Part shown: piece after piece, positions 1 to 9,959 of the stretch
Numbering within the stretch: position 1 is the first letter of the stretch
Layout: every line of letters begins with the position of its first letter
Source of the DNA: Candidatus Tayloriibacteriota bacterium
GTDB lineage: Bacteria > Patescibacteriota > Minisyncoccia > Phycocordibacterales > PALSA-1337
DNA length: 64,000 nucleotides
Direction: 5' to 3'
Assembly: GCA_016215455.1 (NCBI GenBank)
Contig: JACRJP010000004.1
Span: 155,787 to 219,786, forward strand
Translations under genes and position numbers: made by a program
The notes under the pieces: model-generated
Told to the model about the DNA's origin: nothing
Database searches by the model: none
The model's input: only the letters and a program-made list of their open reading frames with translations

Positions 1-39
1 TCGTATTCCTTTCACAAAAACTGCAGATGTTATATTCAT
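1..39 (-). CDS. engB: 5' end of a probable EngB/YihA ribosome-biogenesis GTPase (runs off the window)
   Basis: Reverse strand reads MNITSAVFVKGIR from ATG at 39, resembling the EngB N-terminus (MxIxSAxFVKG); only 13 codons are visible. Confidence 0.45.
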   Translation of the reverse strand, partial: MNITSAVFVKGIR

Positions 40-92
40 GAATAGAGAGTTATATCTATCGTATAGGCACCATACTACCACATAATCTTTTA

Positions 93-658
93 TTGACAGA
101 GTAAAAAATAAATCGTAAATTTTACACAGACGTCCTCAACATTTATCCCGTCGACCTATGTCCTTTGGACCAAAGGCTTTAATTGTCCCCACCGAGACCA
201 TACTTCCACTTCGGTGGCGTGTCCTACGTCCCAACGCACCAAGCCCTGATGAGGCAAGATTTCCGGAAGACGAAATCTTTCCCAACTGGCACATCGGTAT
301 CTTTCCTGGAACATTGCTTGTTCCACGAAATGATCAACTGATGTGTTGTGCTACCTTCGTCCTCACATCAGCCGGAACCATTGTCGCTTGGCAGTTACGA
401 GGAATGGCAACTGCCCCAGAACAACGTGGCCGTGGACTTGGGAGGATCTTGCTCACACGGGCCGAGGAATACATCCTGTCGTTAAGCAGAGTTGCCCCCG
501 TTATTCTATGGTGCAATGCACGCATCGAAGCGGTGGAGTTCTACGAAAAACTCGGCTGGAAGAAAGAAGGGATTGAATTCATCATCAAAGGCATTGGCCG
601 ACACTATCGAATGACTCGGCGCCTGCGATAACTATCCCACTTTCGGGAATTTTTATTT
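93..658 (+). other. Orphan transcription unit 1
   Basis: TTGACA 93-98, 17 nt, TAAATT 116-121, AGA at 128, ORF 158-631, hairpin TCCC/GGGA, TTTTTATTT 650-658. Confidence 0.75.
158..631 (+). CDS. GNAT-family acetyltransferase
   Basis: Motifs LRWRVLRP, QLRGMATAPEQRGRGLG (acetyl-CoA loop), WCNAR, AVEFYEKLGW. Confidence 0.9.
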   Translation: MSFGPKALIVPTETILPLRWRVLRPNAPSPDEARFPEDEIFPNWHIGIFPGTLLVPRNDQLMCCATFVLTSAGTIVAWQLRGMATAPEQRGRGLGRILLTRAEEYILSLSRVAPVILWCNARIEAVEFYEKLGWKKEGIEFIIKGIGRHYRMTRRLR

Positions 659-689
659 CTATACAGTAGGGTGATATAATTGAATACTA

Positions 690-1259
690 ATGAAACTCAC
701 CATTGCCATCATTGCTGCGATCCTTGCAATTATTGGTAATGTTCCCTACCTCATTGATATCTTTAAGAAGAAAGTTGAACCTCATGCGTACACATGGTTT
801 GTATGGACAATTGTGTCTGGAGTAACTTTCTTTGGCCAGGTTGCAAAAGGAGCGGGTGTTGGGGCACTACCTACTGCAGCTTCTGAAATTTTTACACTTA
901 TTATTTTTATCTTCTCTCTCCGATATGGTTTCAAACATGTCACCAAAACCGACACAGTATTTCTTATAATTGCATTACTTGGACTTATTCCATGGGCTCT
1001 CACCAAGGACCCAACGATATCAGTTATTATTGTCGTAACTATTGATGTAATCGCCTTTATTCCCACTCTTCGAAAAACTTGGCTCAATCCAGGGACAGAA
1101 ACCCCGCTGTTATACGGTACGAATGCTCTTCGACATATCCTCGCACTGTTCTCACTTCAGGCATATAATATTGCAACAGTACTTCATTCATGCACCATGA
1201 TTGTTACCAACTCATGTATGACAGGAATCATCATGAAGCGACGAAACAAAAAAATATAG
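690..1259 (+). CDS. Multi-pass membrane protein (PQ-loop-like, common in CPR)
   Basis: About 6 hydrophobic helices; two PY/PT-containing half repeats. Confidence 0.7.
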   Translation: MKLTIAIIAAILAIIGNVPYLIDIFKKKVEPHAYTWFVWTIVSGVTFFGQVAKGAGVGALPTAASEIFTLIIFIFSLRYGFKHVTKTDTVFLIIALLGLIPWALTKDPTISVIIVVTIDVIAFIPTLRKTWLNPGTETPLLYGTNALRHILALFSLQAYNIATVLHSCTMIVTNSCMTGIIMKRRNKKI

Positions 1260-1280
1260 TACTATATACAAATACACTCT

Positions 1281-2180
1281 ATGAAAAATTACCAAATCTG
1301 GATCATTCGCATTGTATCTCTTATTCTCATAATCGGGGGAATCATCTGGTATGGAGAATATCGACGTAATCCCGTTGTTACTCAAGTCACTGAAGTCGAA
1401 CGACGCCTAGCCTCAACAACCGAAATACTCACAACACGTATACATGAAATGAGTGAGTCGATCACTGGATTGCAGCGACTTAATACCGATTTAAGTAACA
1501 CACTCCAAGATGAACAAACAAAAAATAGTATGTTTGAGGAGAAAATTAGTAAAGTCAGTGATACTGTTGGTACAATTAATAAATTGAGCACCATTGATCC
1601 TGAGCTTCTTCAAAAATATTCAAAAATATTTTTCCTCAATGAACACTATACTCCTTCTGCTCTAACAGAAATCAATGCTGAATACAGATTCCCCCGTGAT
1701 AAAAAGCTTCAGATTCATGAGAAGGTGAACCCATATCTCGAAAGAATGTTTGCTGCAGCCGCTGCAGACAAATCCCCTCTTCAGGTTGTTTCTGCATACC
1801 GATCATTTAGTGACCAAACAACTCTTAAGGCAACATACAAAATCATCTACGGAGCAGGTACCGCAAATCAATTCTCTGCAGATCAAGGATACTCAGAACA
1901 CCAACTTGGTACCACCGTTGATCTTACAACACCGAAACTAGGCTCATCATTTGATGATGGTTTTGAAAATACTCCTGCGTATACATGGTTGGTCAATAAC
2001 GCACACAAATATGGATTCGTACTTTCGTATCCAAAAAATAATAAATACTATCAATACGAACCGTGGCACTGGCGTTTCGTAGGAGTCGACCTTGCAGAAA
2101 AACTACACAGAGAAAATAAGTTCTTTTATGACCTCGACCAGCGCGTTATCGATCATTACCTATTGGTATTATTTGATTAA
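1281..2180 (+). CDS. Membrane-anchored D-Ala-D-Ala carboxypeptidase, M15B/VanY family, with coiled-coil stalk
   Basis: N-terminal TM helix, coiled coil, SAYRS, SEHQLGTTVD and YEPWHWRFVG motifs. Confidence 0.9.
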   Translation: MKNYQIWIIRIVSLILIIGGIIWYGEYRRNPVVTQVTEVERRLASTTEILTTRIHEMSESITGLQRLNTDLSNTLQDEQTKNSMFEEKISKVSDTVGTINKLSTIDPELLQKYSKIFFLNEHYTPSALTEINAEYRFPRDKKLQIHEKVNPYLERMFAAAAADKSPLQVVSAYRSFSDQTTLKATYKIIYGAGTANQFSADQGYSEHQLGTTVDLTTPKLGSSFDDGFENTPAYTWLVNNAHKYGFVLSYPKNNKYYQYEPWHWRFVGVDLAEKLHRENKFFYDLDQRVIDHYLLVLFD

Positions 2181-2203
2181 GATAACCACTTCAACCAGAA
2201 AGT

Positions 2204-3154
2204 ATGCGAATTTTTTTATCAAAATTACTTAACATACTTGGAATCATTGGGCTTTTAGGAGTCATTGCATATCTTGCTACAACAAATCTCCCAAAGATAA
2301 AAGATCTTCTATTTCCCCCTGAACCATGCGAACGTCCGATTTCGTATTCCCTCGATACAATTGATCTTCGATTTAACGTTTCAACAACTGAATTAATATC
2401 TATTCTCAATCAAGCAGCAAACGTATGGGAACAAGCAGCTAATAAAGATCTTTTTGTGTATGTCCCAGAAGACACGGGTACTGTAAAGATTAATCTTCTC
2501 TACGACTACCGACAAAAGACAACAAAAGACCTACAAACTCTCAACACAGTAATTGATCGAGATCAAACCACCTACGACGGTATTAAACTCACGTACGACA
2601 ACCTCATACGATCATACGGCCAACAGAAGCTAACATTCGAACAACACCTAGCTACATTCAAAAGAAATCAAGCAGAGTATGAACAACAAGTGCAATATTG
2701 GAATAAAAAAGGTGGCGCACCTCGAAATGAATACAATAATCTTGAACAAGTACGACAATCTCTCAACGTAGAGGCAGAAAATATTAAACGAGAACAAGAT
2801 GCTCTTAATTCTCTCATTCCTACTATCCGATCAACAGAAAATGAACTCAACACTCTAGCAAAGAAACTCAATCTTACCGTTTCAAATTTTAATACAACAG
2901 CGTCATCAGTCAAAGAAGAATTCAATGAGGGTGAATATATAAGCGACTCTGAAGGAGAAAGAATAAATATTTATCAATTTGATACTAAAGAAAAATTACT
3001 TCGTGTCATGATTCATGAACTTGGTCATGCTCTAGGACTTGACCATAATGATAATCCTCAAGCGATCATGTATCGTCTTAATTCAGGTAGTACCGTCAAA
3101 CTTGCAACTGAAGATGTTGCAAGTCTCAAACAACTTTGCAAGTTGACAGAATAG
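2204..3154 (+). CDS. Matrixin (M10)-like zinc metalloprotease with coiled-coil insertion
   Basis: HELGHALGLDH zinc motif followed by an AIMY Met-turn; N-terminal TM helix. Confidence 0.85.
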   Translation: MRIFLSKLLNILGIIGLLGVIAYLATTNLPKIKDLLFPPEPCERPISYSLDTIDLRFNVSTTELISILNQAANVWEQAANKDLFVYVPEDTGTVKINLLYDYRQKTTKDLQTLNTVIDRDQTTYDGIKLTYDNLIRSYGQQKLTFEQHLATFKRNQAEYEQQVQYWNKKGGAPRNEYNNLEQVRQSLNVEAENIKREQDALNSLIPTIRSTENELNTLAKKLNLTVSNFNTTASSVKEEFNEGEYISDSEGERINIYQFDTKEKLLRVMIHELGHALGLDHNDNPQAIMYRLNSGSTVKLATEDVASLKQLCKLTE

Positions 3155-3201
3155 GTTGTGAGTATTAGTTTTGAAGATAGATTCAACCTTACATTCACCC
3201 C

Positions 3202-3435
3202 GTGAAACTCCACTTGCTTAGGCTTTTGGCCCACATTCTGTTATGGGTATCAAACCTCATCACCATCGGCTTTATCTTGGTATTCCTCACCCGAGGGATC
3301 TTTGATGTAAGCGCATCCCTTTGGAATGGTCTCTTCTACGAGCCATCCTATGGCTTCTTGTTCTTGGCAGCCAATGCGACTGTCATGATTGGAACAAGCT
3401 TAACCCTCTTCATTGGAAAGAAAGGCTCACAATGA
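3202..3435 (+). CDS. Small 2-TM hypothetical protein
   Basis: GTG start, two hydrophobic segments, ATGA overlap with the next ORF. Confidence 0.6.
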   Translation: MKLHLLRLLAHILLWVSNLITIGFILVFLTRGIFDVSASLWNGLFYEPSYGFLFLAANATVMIGTSLTLFIGKKGSQ

Positions 3436-3866
3436 GCTGGCAACACTTTTCCTTAGCTTCGTGTTTTCTGTGGGGCTTAACTGGAATCTTTTGCATCAAG
3501 GCGTCAGCAACGGGTCAGAACAACACAGTGTCTTTCCTAGCTTACGTCATCGCATTTGTGTTCACAGCCTTTACAACCTCAATCTCCCAACTTCGGAGTG
3601 GGATGACCTATGATGGAAAGTCACTAGGATTTGCATTCGGTGCTGGGCTCTGTTCAGCTCTCGCAATTATCCTTCAATTCAAAGCACTTGCAGGTTGGAA
3701 AGATCAATCTGCGTGGATCGTGCTCATTGGATGTTTGAATGGAGTAATTGTGGTGCTATACACCCTGTTCTCAGGAGAACGATTCTCCGTGACAAAGTGG
3801 ATGGGTGTCATTTTTGCCATAGTAGCCATTGTGCTCCTCAACTGGCCAAGCAAAGAATCGCGATAA
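3432..3866 (+). CDS. EamA/DMT-like half-size transporter (144 aa)
   Basis: Start moved to the ATG at 3432 (ATGA coupling); about 5 TMs; LWG near the N-terminus and GERFSVTKWMGVIFAIVAIVLL C-terminal EamA pattern. Confidence 0.75.
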   Translation: MSWQHFSLASCFLWGLTGIFCIKASATGQNNTVSFLAYVIAFVFTAFTTSISQLRSGMTYDGKSLGFAFGAGLCSALAIILQFKALAGWKDQSAWIVLIGCLNGVIVVLYTLFSGERFSVTKWMGVIFAIVAIVLLNWPSKESR

Positions 3867-3912
3867 ACTTTGCATTTTTATTTAACACAATAACTAGTGC
3901 TACAATACTAAA

Positions 3913-4077
3913 ATGGACTCAAAAAAGTTAATCTGGTTTGGAATGATAGCAGGTTCATTTATCGGTAGTATTATTCCCATGACTTGGGGAGCAAGTTCAC
4001 TTTCTATCTCTTCGATTGTTTTTACAGCCATTGGTGGCTGTATTGGGATTATCCTCGCTTTCAAAATAAGCCACTAA
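3913..4077 (+). CDS. 54-aa glycine-rich membrane protein (not in the ORF track)
   Basis: MDSKKLIWFGMIAGSFIGSIIPMTWGASSLSISSIVFTAIGGCIGIILAFKISH; TACAAT lies 6 nt before the ATG. Confidence 0.75.
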   Translation: MDSKKLIWFGMIAGSFIGSIIPMTWGASSLSISSIVFTAIGGCIGIILAFKISH

Positions 4078-4090
4078 GAACAACATCATC

Positions 4091-5251
4091 CTAGTGATGA
4101 TGTTGGTGTCCATCAATAGCAGCCAGCTCTGCTTTAATGTTTTGTTCTGAATTTTCTTCCGAATGAGGATTTTTCTTTACGAGCATTACTACAGAAATAT
4201 AGGTAGTAATAGGTACTGCCAAAACAAGTCCGATACTACCAACAAGAGTACGAACTATTTCAGTTGAAAATATTTCTTTATTAAGTGTTAAAGCAACAGG
4301 TGCATTTGAAGCAAAAAATAAGAGGAGAAGAGGTAGTGATGCACCGACGTATGCAATAGCGAGTGTATTTACAAGTGCACCAATATGTTCCCTTCCCATA
4401 CGAAGAGCTCGACGATAGATTTTTGTTCGAGATATATGTGGACCAAGAGCATGTAACTCCTCCACCGATACTGCTTGTCCGATTGCAACATCATATAGAA
4501 CCCCAAGAAGACCGATCATAATTCCACCAAAAAGAAGTCCTGTAAAATTAAGTGAACCTCCTGTGCTCATATTGAGATAGATTGCTTCGTCAGATTCAAA
4601 TCCACTTAAATGCGTTCCTAAAACTGCAAAATATCCGAATACACCAGTAACAATAACAGTTAAAATCATACCAACAACAGCAGACGATGTTGTACGATTC
4701 CATCCATGAGTAACATACGAGCCGACCACTATAATAAGTGATGAGACAAAAATACTCATGAGAACTGGTTGATACCCATGAAGAATTCCGGGCAACAATA
4801 CTCCAAGAATCAATACTAGACTTCCCAAAAGACTCACTAATCCGCGTACCCCCTGCATTCCACCAAAAATAATTACAAGAATTATAAATATAACTCCAAG
4901 AGCTATAAGAAAATTGAGACGATATGGATCTTGAACCGAATAAAGCTTCGCTCCGTCCTCAGTTCGTGTTGTTTCAAGAAGGAATATCTTATCACCCGCA
5001 GACAATCGCATATAATCATTCGATACTGAAATTTGCTTACCGCGCTCCAAACCTTCTGTTATCTCAACAGTCAAAGTTTGCTGTAATCCTTTCAGTCCTA
5101 GACCTGGTGTTATCGACTCAACCTCTGAATCAATACTCACTACACGAGCAACATATGACTTTTCAGTATCGTGTATGATTTCAGCACCAAATGTAATATT
5201 CGGGATAAGACATAGTAGGCCGATAAGACTCGCATATACGAATTTATTCAT
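4091..5251 (-). CDS. YibE/F family membrane protein
   Basis: Start moved to MNKFV (5251); GLLGVLYDVAIGQ and GREHIGALVNTLAIAYVGASLP YibE/F motifs. Confidence 0.9.
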   Translation of the reverse strand: MNKFVYASLIGLLCLIPNITFGAEIIHDTEKSYVARVVSIDSEVESITPGLGLKGLQQTLTVEITEGLERGKQISVSNDYMRLSAGDKIFLLETTRTEDGAKLYSVQDPYRLNFLIALGVIFIILVIIFGGMQGVRGLVSLLGSLVLILGVLLPGILHGYQPVLMSIFVSSLIIVVGSYVTHGWNRTTSSAVVGMILTVIVTGVFGYFAVLGTHLSGFESDEAIYLNMSTGGSLNFTGLLFGGIMIGLLGVLYDVAIGQAVSVEELHALGPHISRTKIYRRALRMGREHIGALVNTLAIAYVGASLPLLLLFFASNAPVALTLNKEIFSTEIVRTLVGSIGLVLAVPITTYISVVMLVKKNPHSEENSEQNIKAELAAIDGHQHHH

Positions 5252-5288
5252 CCTGCTATTATAGTACAGACGAGAAACAAAGCCACAT

Positions 5289-5741
5289 CTATCGAACAGC
5301 AGTAATAGAAGGATTAATTTCTCCCGTTGAACTTGCAGTAATACGCCCACGAGAATCCTGGTAGATAACGTATCCCGTATCATAGTCTGTTGTCGTTGCG
5401 AAATGAGCACCCGGTAAACTTGGATCAAACGGTACAACCGAAATATAGTCAGGTACGATACATGTAGCAAGATCAAACCCTCCTGGGAATTTTATTGGCG
5501 TTGATGTCGATGGCAACATCGTCTGATTTCCTCTACAAACTAGTATTCCTTGATTCTCAGACATATTCTGACTAACCGCATTTACAATTGCACTCACATT
5601 ACTCATACGCTGTGCATCTCGTGCAAGCTTAAACTGTCGAGCAGGATTCACAGCAACAAGAGCGACAGATGACAGGATTGCAATAATACCAATCACAATA
5701 AGAACTTCGAGCAAAGTAAAACCTCTTTTTTTATTTTTCAT
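5289..5741 (-). CDS. Type IV pilin-like protein
   Basis: Prepilin motif RG|FTLLEVLIVIGIIAIL; NPARQFKLARDAQR typical of CPR pilins. Confidence 0.9.
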   Translation of the reverse strand: MKNKKRGFTLLEVLIVIGIIAILSSVALVAVNPARQFKLARDAQRMSNVSAIVNAVSQNMSENQGILVCRGNQTMLPSTSTPIKFPGGFDLATCIVPDYISVVPFDPSLPGAHFATTTDYDTGYVIYQDSRGRITASSTGEINPSITAVR

Positions 5742-5822
5742 CGACGTACATAATTACTAATAATACGAATGTAGTATCTCAAACTATGCATGAAATTCTC
5801 ATAAAGAAGTGATAATTTTTTA

Positions 5823-6200
5823 CTAAAAGATTCGTCTCAAAATACCCGTTATCTCATCGAGTCTATAATTAATAACGGTTGTTGATGCATATAACGAAGA
5901 AAACACTTCGATCTTAATCGAACCATTTTGTAGATATAGAGGTGTACTAGAAAGAATTCGACAAGTATCCATCAAAACGGTCGAAGTACTGACATATGAT
6001 CTCCCTGCAATAGCTCGCAAAGCTATCTCCGTACACGAGATGAGTTTTTGCTCAACAGTAAATTTTTCATACATATATACAGACCTCTCGTAATATTCAT
6101 GTACCAAAGCTGTAGCATACAGTCCCAAGCAAATAATTGTAGTATTAGTAGTAATAAGAACACACCACGCAATAAATCCTTGAGATCTTTTTATATTCAT
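5823..6200 (-). CDS. PilX-like minor pilin, divergent
   Basis: QG|FIA followed by a hydrophobic helix without Glu5; lies in the pilus operon. Confidence 0.5.
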   Translation of the reverse strand: MNIKRSQGFIAWCVLITTNTTIICLGLYATALVHEYYERSVYMYEKFTVEQKLISCTEIALRAIAGRSYVSTSTVLMDTCRILSSTPLYLQNGSIKIEVFSSLYASTTVINYRLDEITGILRRIF

Positions 6201-6334
6201 AGAGAAGTTTCAATATGATGAATAACCCTCCACATCCCCTTCCCGATCTGCATCGTAGAGGATAGTAACACCACACTAATAAGCATAGTGAGTCCAATAT
6301 AGACAATACACTCAATGAGAACGTTTCCTTTCAT
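6197..6334 (-). CDS. 45-aa micro-pilin (not in the ORF track)
   Basis: MKG|NVLIECIVYIGLTMLISVVLL...; Glu at +5; ATGA overlap with the downstream ORF. Confidence 0.6.
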   Translation of the reverse strand: MKGNVLIECIVYIGLTMLISVVLLSSTMQIGKGMWRVIHHIETSL

Positions 6335-6339
6335 AATTA

Positions 6340-7692
6340 TTATCGAGTGATCATAACTACACTTTGCTGTCCAAGTATCGCAAGAGAATTATCTGTACAC
6401 ATCATTGATTTTGGTTTTTCATTAAGAGCAAGGATACCGACAGGTAGAATACTTTTTGTGTAATCTTCTACACGACCAAGATACGAGATACCTCCTCCGA
6501 TAACAGCTAATATTGTCGTACCCGATGAAACTACTCCATATATGCCACTTCCAATATCAGTACTTGTCGCGAGTTTTATTGATCCATTAGTACGATTCAT
6601 CACAAACAATTCATGATTTGTGACTATATTAAAACCTCCTACAGTCCTCCCTAATGTAAGTAGTCGTGGCAAGATATTAATTCTTTTACCCTCTTGAACA
6701 GATGCACCAGTAGGAGTAAAACTCCATACTCGACTTAGAGTAGATTCTTGTACTCGATATTCAGCAAATTGTGGGTCAGATGAGAGTGCAACAAAAATAG
6801 AATAACCATCCAATGCAATATCTTGTACCATTGAATTCGTTTCAGCGGTAAAAGAATTCTTTGGATGTAACGGATCTGATACATCAATCATCTGTAATTC
6901 GGAACCATTCCATTTCTCAGTTCCCATATAAATAATACCGTTTTGATATGCTAAAACTGATGGATCTGGAGGACTTGTTGTTGCTGTCGGTAGAGGAAGT
7001 TTAAATTCTTGTACCACAACAGGGTGTTCAGGAGATTGCAGATCAATAATTTGCAACTGAGAGGCAACGGATGTGTTTCCAGCATAAAGATATCGACCTG
7101 AAGCTACTAAAGTAGAGATTCCTGGACCGGTCGTTAGTGTTGCAACTACATGTAATGTAGGGACCATATCAATCACATAAATGTCAGGATCACTCAATGT
7201 TGCAGTATCGTTTGATACAATTAAATACCTATCATACGGAACGATTGCAGTAAGATTTGCAGAAGGAATTGTAATAGCATCTTTTTGTATAAAACCCACT
7301 GAAGTCCCTGTCATCACGCCGCACCAAGCATTATTCTGAACATCACCGTAACGAGAAAAAACTCTTTCTCCTTGAACCATTTCTGAGCCCTGTAGACCAG
7401 TAACAGAAACATGCACCTTGCTTGTAACACGATCAATGTCGGTAAATATTGTCGTATTAATAGTCGCTGATGTTGTCGCCACAAGTGGAGTAGGATCTTT
7501 TCCAACAATATCTTCATACTTTGTATATTGACCAAGTATTGTTGTGAGTTGTTGTACATGTAGATTTCTTCTCGTATCACGCTCAACAGTTTGCGTAAGG
7601 TGCACATACCATGTATATCCAACAGCTATATATACGGTACCTACCGCACATACAACCATAACTTCAATGAGGCTATATCCTTTTTGAAACAT
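6340..7692 (-). CDS. Pilin-leader protein with LVIVD-type beta-propeller repeats
   Basis: KG|YSLIEVMVV leader; repeats LQIIDLQSPEHP and LQMIDVSDPLHP. Confidence 0.8.
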   Translation of the reverse strand: MFQKGYSLIEVMVVCAVGTVYIAVGYTWYVHLTQTVERDTRRNLHVQQLTTILGQYTKYEDIVGKDPTPLVATTSATINTTIFTDIDRVTSKVHVSVTGLQGSEMVQGERVFSRYGDVQNNAWCGVMTGTSVGFIQKDAITIPSANLTAIVPYDRYLIVSNDTATLSDPDIYVIDMVPTLHVVATLTTGPGISTLVASGRYLYAGNTSVASQLQIIDLQSPEHPVVVQEFKLPLPTATTSPPDPSVLAYQNGIIYMGTEKWNGSELQMIDVSDPLHPKNSFTAETNSMVQDIALDGYSIFVALSSDPQFAEYRVQESTLSRVWSFTPTGASVQEGKRINILPRLLTLGRTVGGFNIVTNHELFVMNRTNGSIKLATSTDIGSGIYGVVSSGTTILAVIGGGISYLGRVEDYTKSILPVGILALNEKPKSMMCTDNSLAILGQQSVVMITR

Positions 7693-7695
7693 ACG

Positions 7696-8829
7696 TTATG
7701 GAGTTGTACTAATATTTGAAGTAACTGAATATAAAGGCAACATGAAAGCAAGAGCGACGAGTGCGACAACACAACCTAACAACAGCATGACGAGTGGTTC
7801 AGCAAGCTTAAGTACAATATTTATTTTCTTTGTAAGTTGCTCTGATGCCCTGTCCGCAATTCGTCCACACATTTGAGGTAGCATTCCTCCTCGTTCGCCT
7901 ATAAGAATAAGTTCACCAGCTTCTGGAATAAAGAGAAATTTGAACTGCCGCACAATATCAGAGAATGTCTTACCCCGCGATGTTTGTTCTATAGCTTCAG
8001 TGAGCATTACCACATATTGTTTCTGTGAAGTCATTACTTGAGCATTTTTGAGGGCATTATCAATCCGCGCGTCTGTCTCAAGAAAGATAGCGAGGGTACG
8101 AAATATGAGTATAGTATTTTTTAACACTATCAGATGACGAAATTCAGGAATTTTAAATATAACCCTATCCACAATATGTCGTATTTTTGTATGTCGCATA
8201 AAAAACACACTACACACCAATATAAGAACCGCACCAAAAATTCCCATATACCAAAACCGCTGAATTCCCCCGACGATGAAAATCAATATTCGTGTCAAAA
8301 GAGGTAAGGTAATCTTCATACCAATAAGCACAGGTAATATCTTGGGAAAGATATACAACACCAAAAAGCCGATCAACGAACCCATAGCGACAATGAGGAT
8401 ACATGGATATAAAGAAGCCATGAGTATACTCTGGCGTATCTTTTTCTGTTCAGATATATATTGTGCAGTCAGTGACAATATATCTTGCACAGAACCATGT
8501 ACCTCCCCCACCTGAAGCATCGCAAGTGTCACAGGATGAATTTTAGGAAATACTCTTTGAAGAGACTCAGAGAAAGTGTGTCCAGCTTCAATGGAATGAA
8601 CACATTGAACGATCTCTTTATTGTATGGATGCTTATCATACATCACAACAAGAAGCCTCATTGCGTCGGTGAGAGTTGGAGTACACTGTAATAAATCCAC
8701 TAATCGTGGAATACATATATTCTCGAAGAATTGACTTTGTCGTCTTTTAGAATAACTCTCTACCAAACACTCGATCGACTTCTTCAATGGTAGTGTAACC
8801 TTCTGTAATAAGTTTTTTAGCTTTTTCAT
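7696..8829 (-). CDS. pilC: PilC/GspF inner-membrane platform protein, divergent
   Basis: GHTFSESL, QVGEVHG, ASLYP, IGERGG, LAEP and PLY motifs; likely start MKKLK at 8829. Confidence 0.8.
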   Translation of the reverse strand: MKKLKNLLQKVTLPLKKSIECLVESYSKRRQSQFFENICIPRLVDLLQCTPTLTDAMRLLVVMYDKHPYNKEIVQCVHSIEAGHTFSESLQRVFPKIHPVTLAMLQVGEVHGSVQDILSLTAQYISEQKKIRQSILMASLYPCILIVAMGSLIGFLVLYIFPKILPVLIGMKITLPLLTRILIFIVGGIQRFWYMGIFGAVLILVCSVFFMRHTKIRHIVDRVIFKIPEFRHLIVLKNTILIFRTLAIFLETDARIDNALKNAQVMTSQKQYVVMLTEAIEQTSRGKTFSDIVRQFKFLFIPEAGELILIGERGGMLPQMCGRIADRASEQLTKKINIVLKLAEPLVMLLLGCVVALVALAFMLPLYSVTSNISTTP

Positions 8830-9874
8830 AGAGAGTAAGATTACCTTGGCTATACTGCAACTTACGGAGCAGTTTTGGTTGTAATGAGGTACGTAGATGC
8901 TGTTGAACTTTTTCATCTATAGCAAGAATCTCATACACCCCTATTCGACCGTTGTATCCAGTCAAAAAGCATTCTGCACAACCACGAGCATTACATGCAC
9001 CACACTTCTTACGAACAAGTCTCTGAGAAATTAAAAGGGTCACCGCCGAAGCAATCAATGAAGTCTCAAGACCGAGATCCTGCAAACGAACACAGCCCTG
9101 AACACAATCTTTTGCATGAAGTGACGACACAACAAGATGTCCTGTTAATGCCGCATTCATTACAACAACAGCAGTTTCTTTATCACGCATTTCTCCTACC
9201 ATGATAACGTCTGGGTCCTGACGTAAGAGGGCTCTCAATCCCTGAGCAAACGTGATATTTTGTCGAGGAGAAACTTGAACCTGTCGAATTCCTTCTAACT
9301 CTGACTCAACAGGATCTTCGATAGTTACAAGCACCCGTGCTTGGCTATATAGATGCCGCAGAAAAGTATACAGAGTTGTTGTCTTTCCTGAGCCTGTTGG
9401 CCCTACAACACAAATACACCCTTGAGGTTGAGCTAGTGCATTCCGAATTTTCTTTGCCTCTTCTGAAGTACATCCGAGTTCCTCAAGAGAAAGTTCAGTG
9501 TTGTTATTCTTAAGAATTCGCACAACACAATTTTCTCCATGATACGTAGGCATAATCGATATGCGCAAATCAACTATGGAATTATCACTGAACTCATAGT
9601 GGATACGTCCATCATGCATGTGCATGTGTTCATCAGTTCGAATACCCGCCAATACTTTAAACCGAGCGATAATTTCTCTATGCGGACATTTAAAATTAGT
9701 AAGTGTTCCTCCAAGAATTCCATTCTTACGGAAACTCACATAAGTACCTCCGCGATGATAATCAATATGAATATCTGAAACTCCAGACATCACAGCATAT
9801 TTCACCAGACCCTCGACCAAAGTTGGTGCAGAATATACCAATACAAGTTCAGATATATCATTTTGATATGTCAT
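8747..9874 (-). CDS. pilB: PilB/GspE assembly ATPase (short, no N-terminal MshEN domain)
   Basis: SDIHI, Walker A GPTGSGKTTT, TIEDPVE, LRQDPDVIMVGEMRD, TGHLV and a tetra-Cys motif. Confidence 0.9.
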   Translation of the reverse strand: MTYQNDISELVLVYSAPTLVEGLVKYAVMSGVSDIHIDYHRGGTYVSFRKNGILGGTLTNFKCPHREIIARFKVLAGIRTDEHMHMHDGRIHYEFSDNSIVDLRISIMPTYHGENCVVRILKNNNTELSLEELGCTSEEAKKIRNALAQPQGCICVVGPTGSGKTTTLYTFLRHLYSQARVLVTIEDPVESELEGIRQVQVSPRQNITFAQGLRALLRQDPDVIMVGEMRDKETAVVVMNAALTGHLVVSSLHAKDCVQGCVRLQDLGLETSLIASAVTLLISQRLVRKKCGACNARGCAECFLTGYNGRIGVYEILAIDEKVQQHLRTSLQPKLLRKLQYSQGNLTLYEKAKKLITEGYTTIEEVDRVFGRELF

Positions 9875-9959
9875 CGACAGTTACTATACCGACAACAACA
9901 TGAAGGACTGATCAAGAAATACTAAAGAATCAATTAAAAAGATGAACTATCAAGATCCA

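Larger units (their letters stand above)
3143..3883 (+). other. Orphan transcription unit 2 (bicistronic)
   Basis: TTGACA 3143-3148, 17 nt, TAGTTT 3166-3171, AGA at 3179, ORFs 3202-3435 and 3432-3866, TTTTTATTT 3875-3883. Confidence 0.7.

Noticed and set aside
3321-3431. N-terminal extension of the EamA ORF in the ORF track
   Set aside because: It overlaps ORF 3202-3435; the ATGA-coupled start at 3432 fits better
5252-5476. Long N-terminal extension of the YibE/F ORF
   Set aside because: It overlaps the pilin gene; a TATAAT-6 nt-ATG start with a signal peptide lies at 5251
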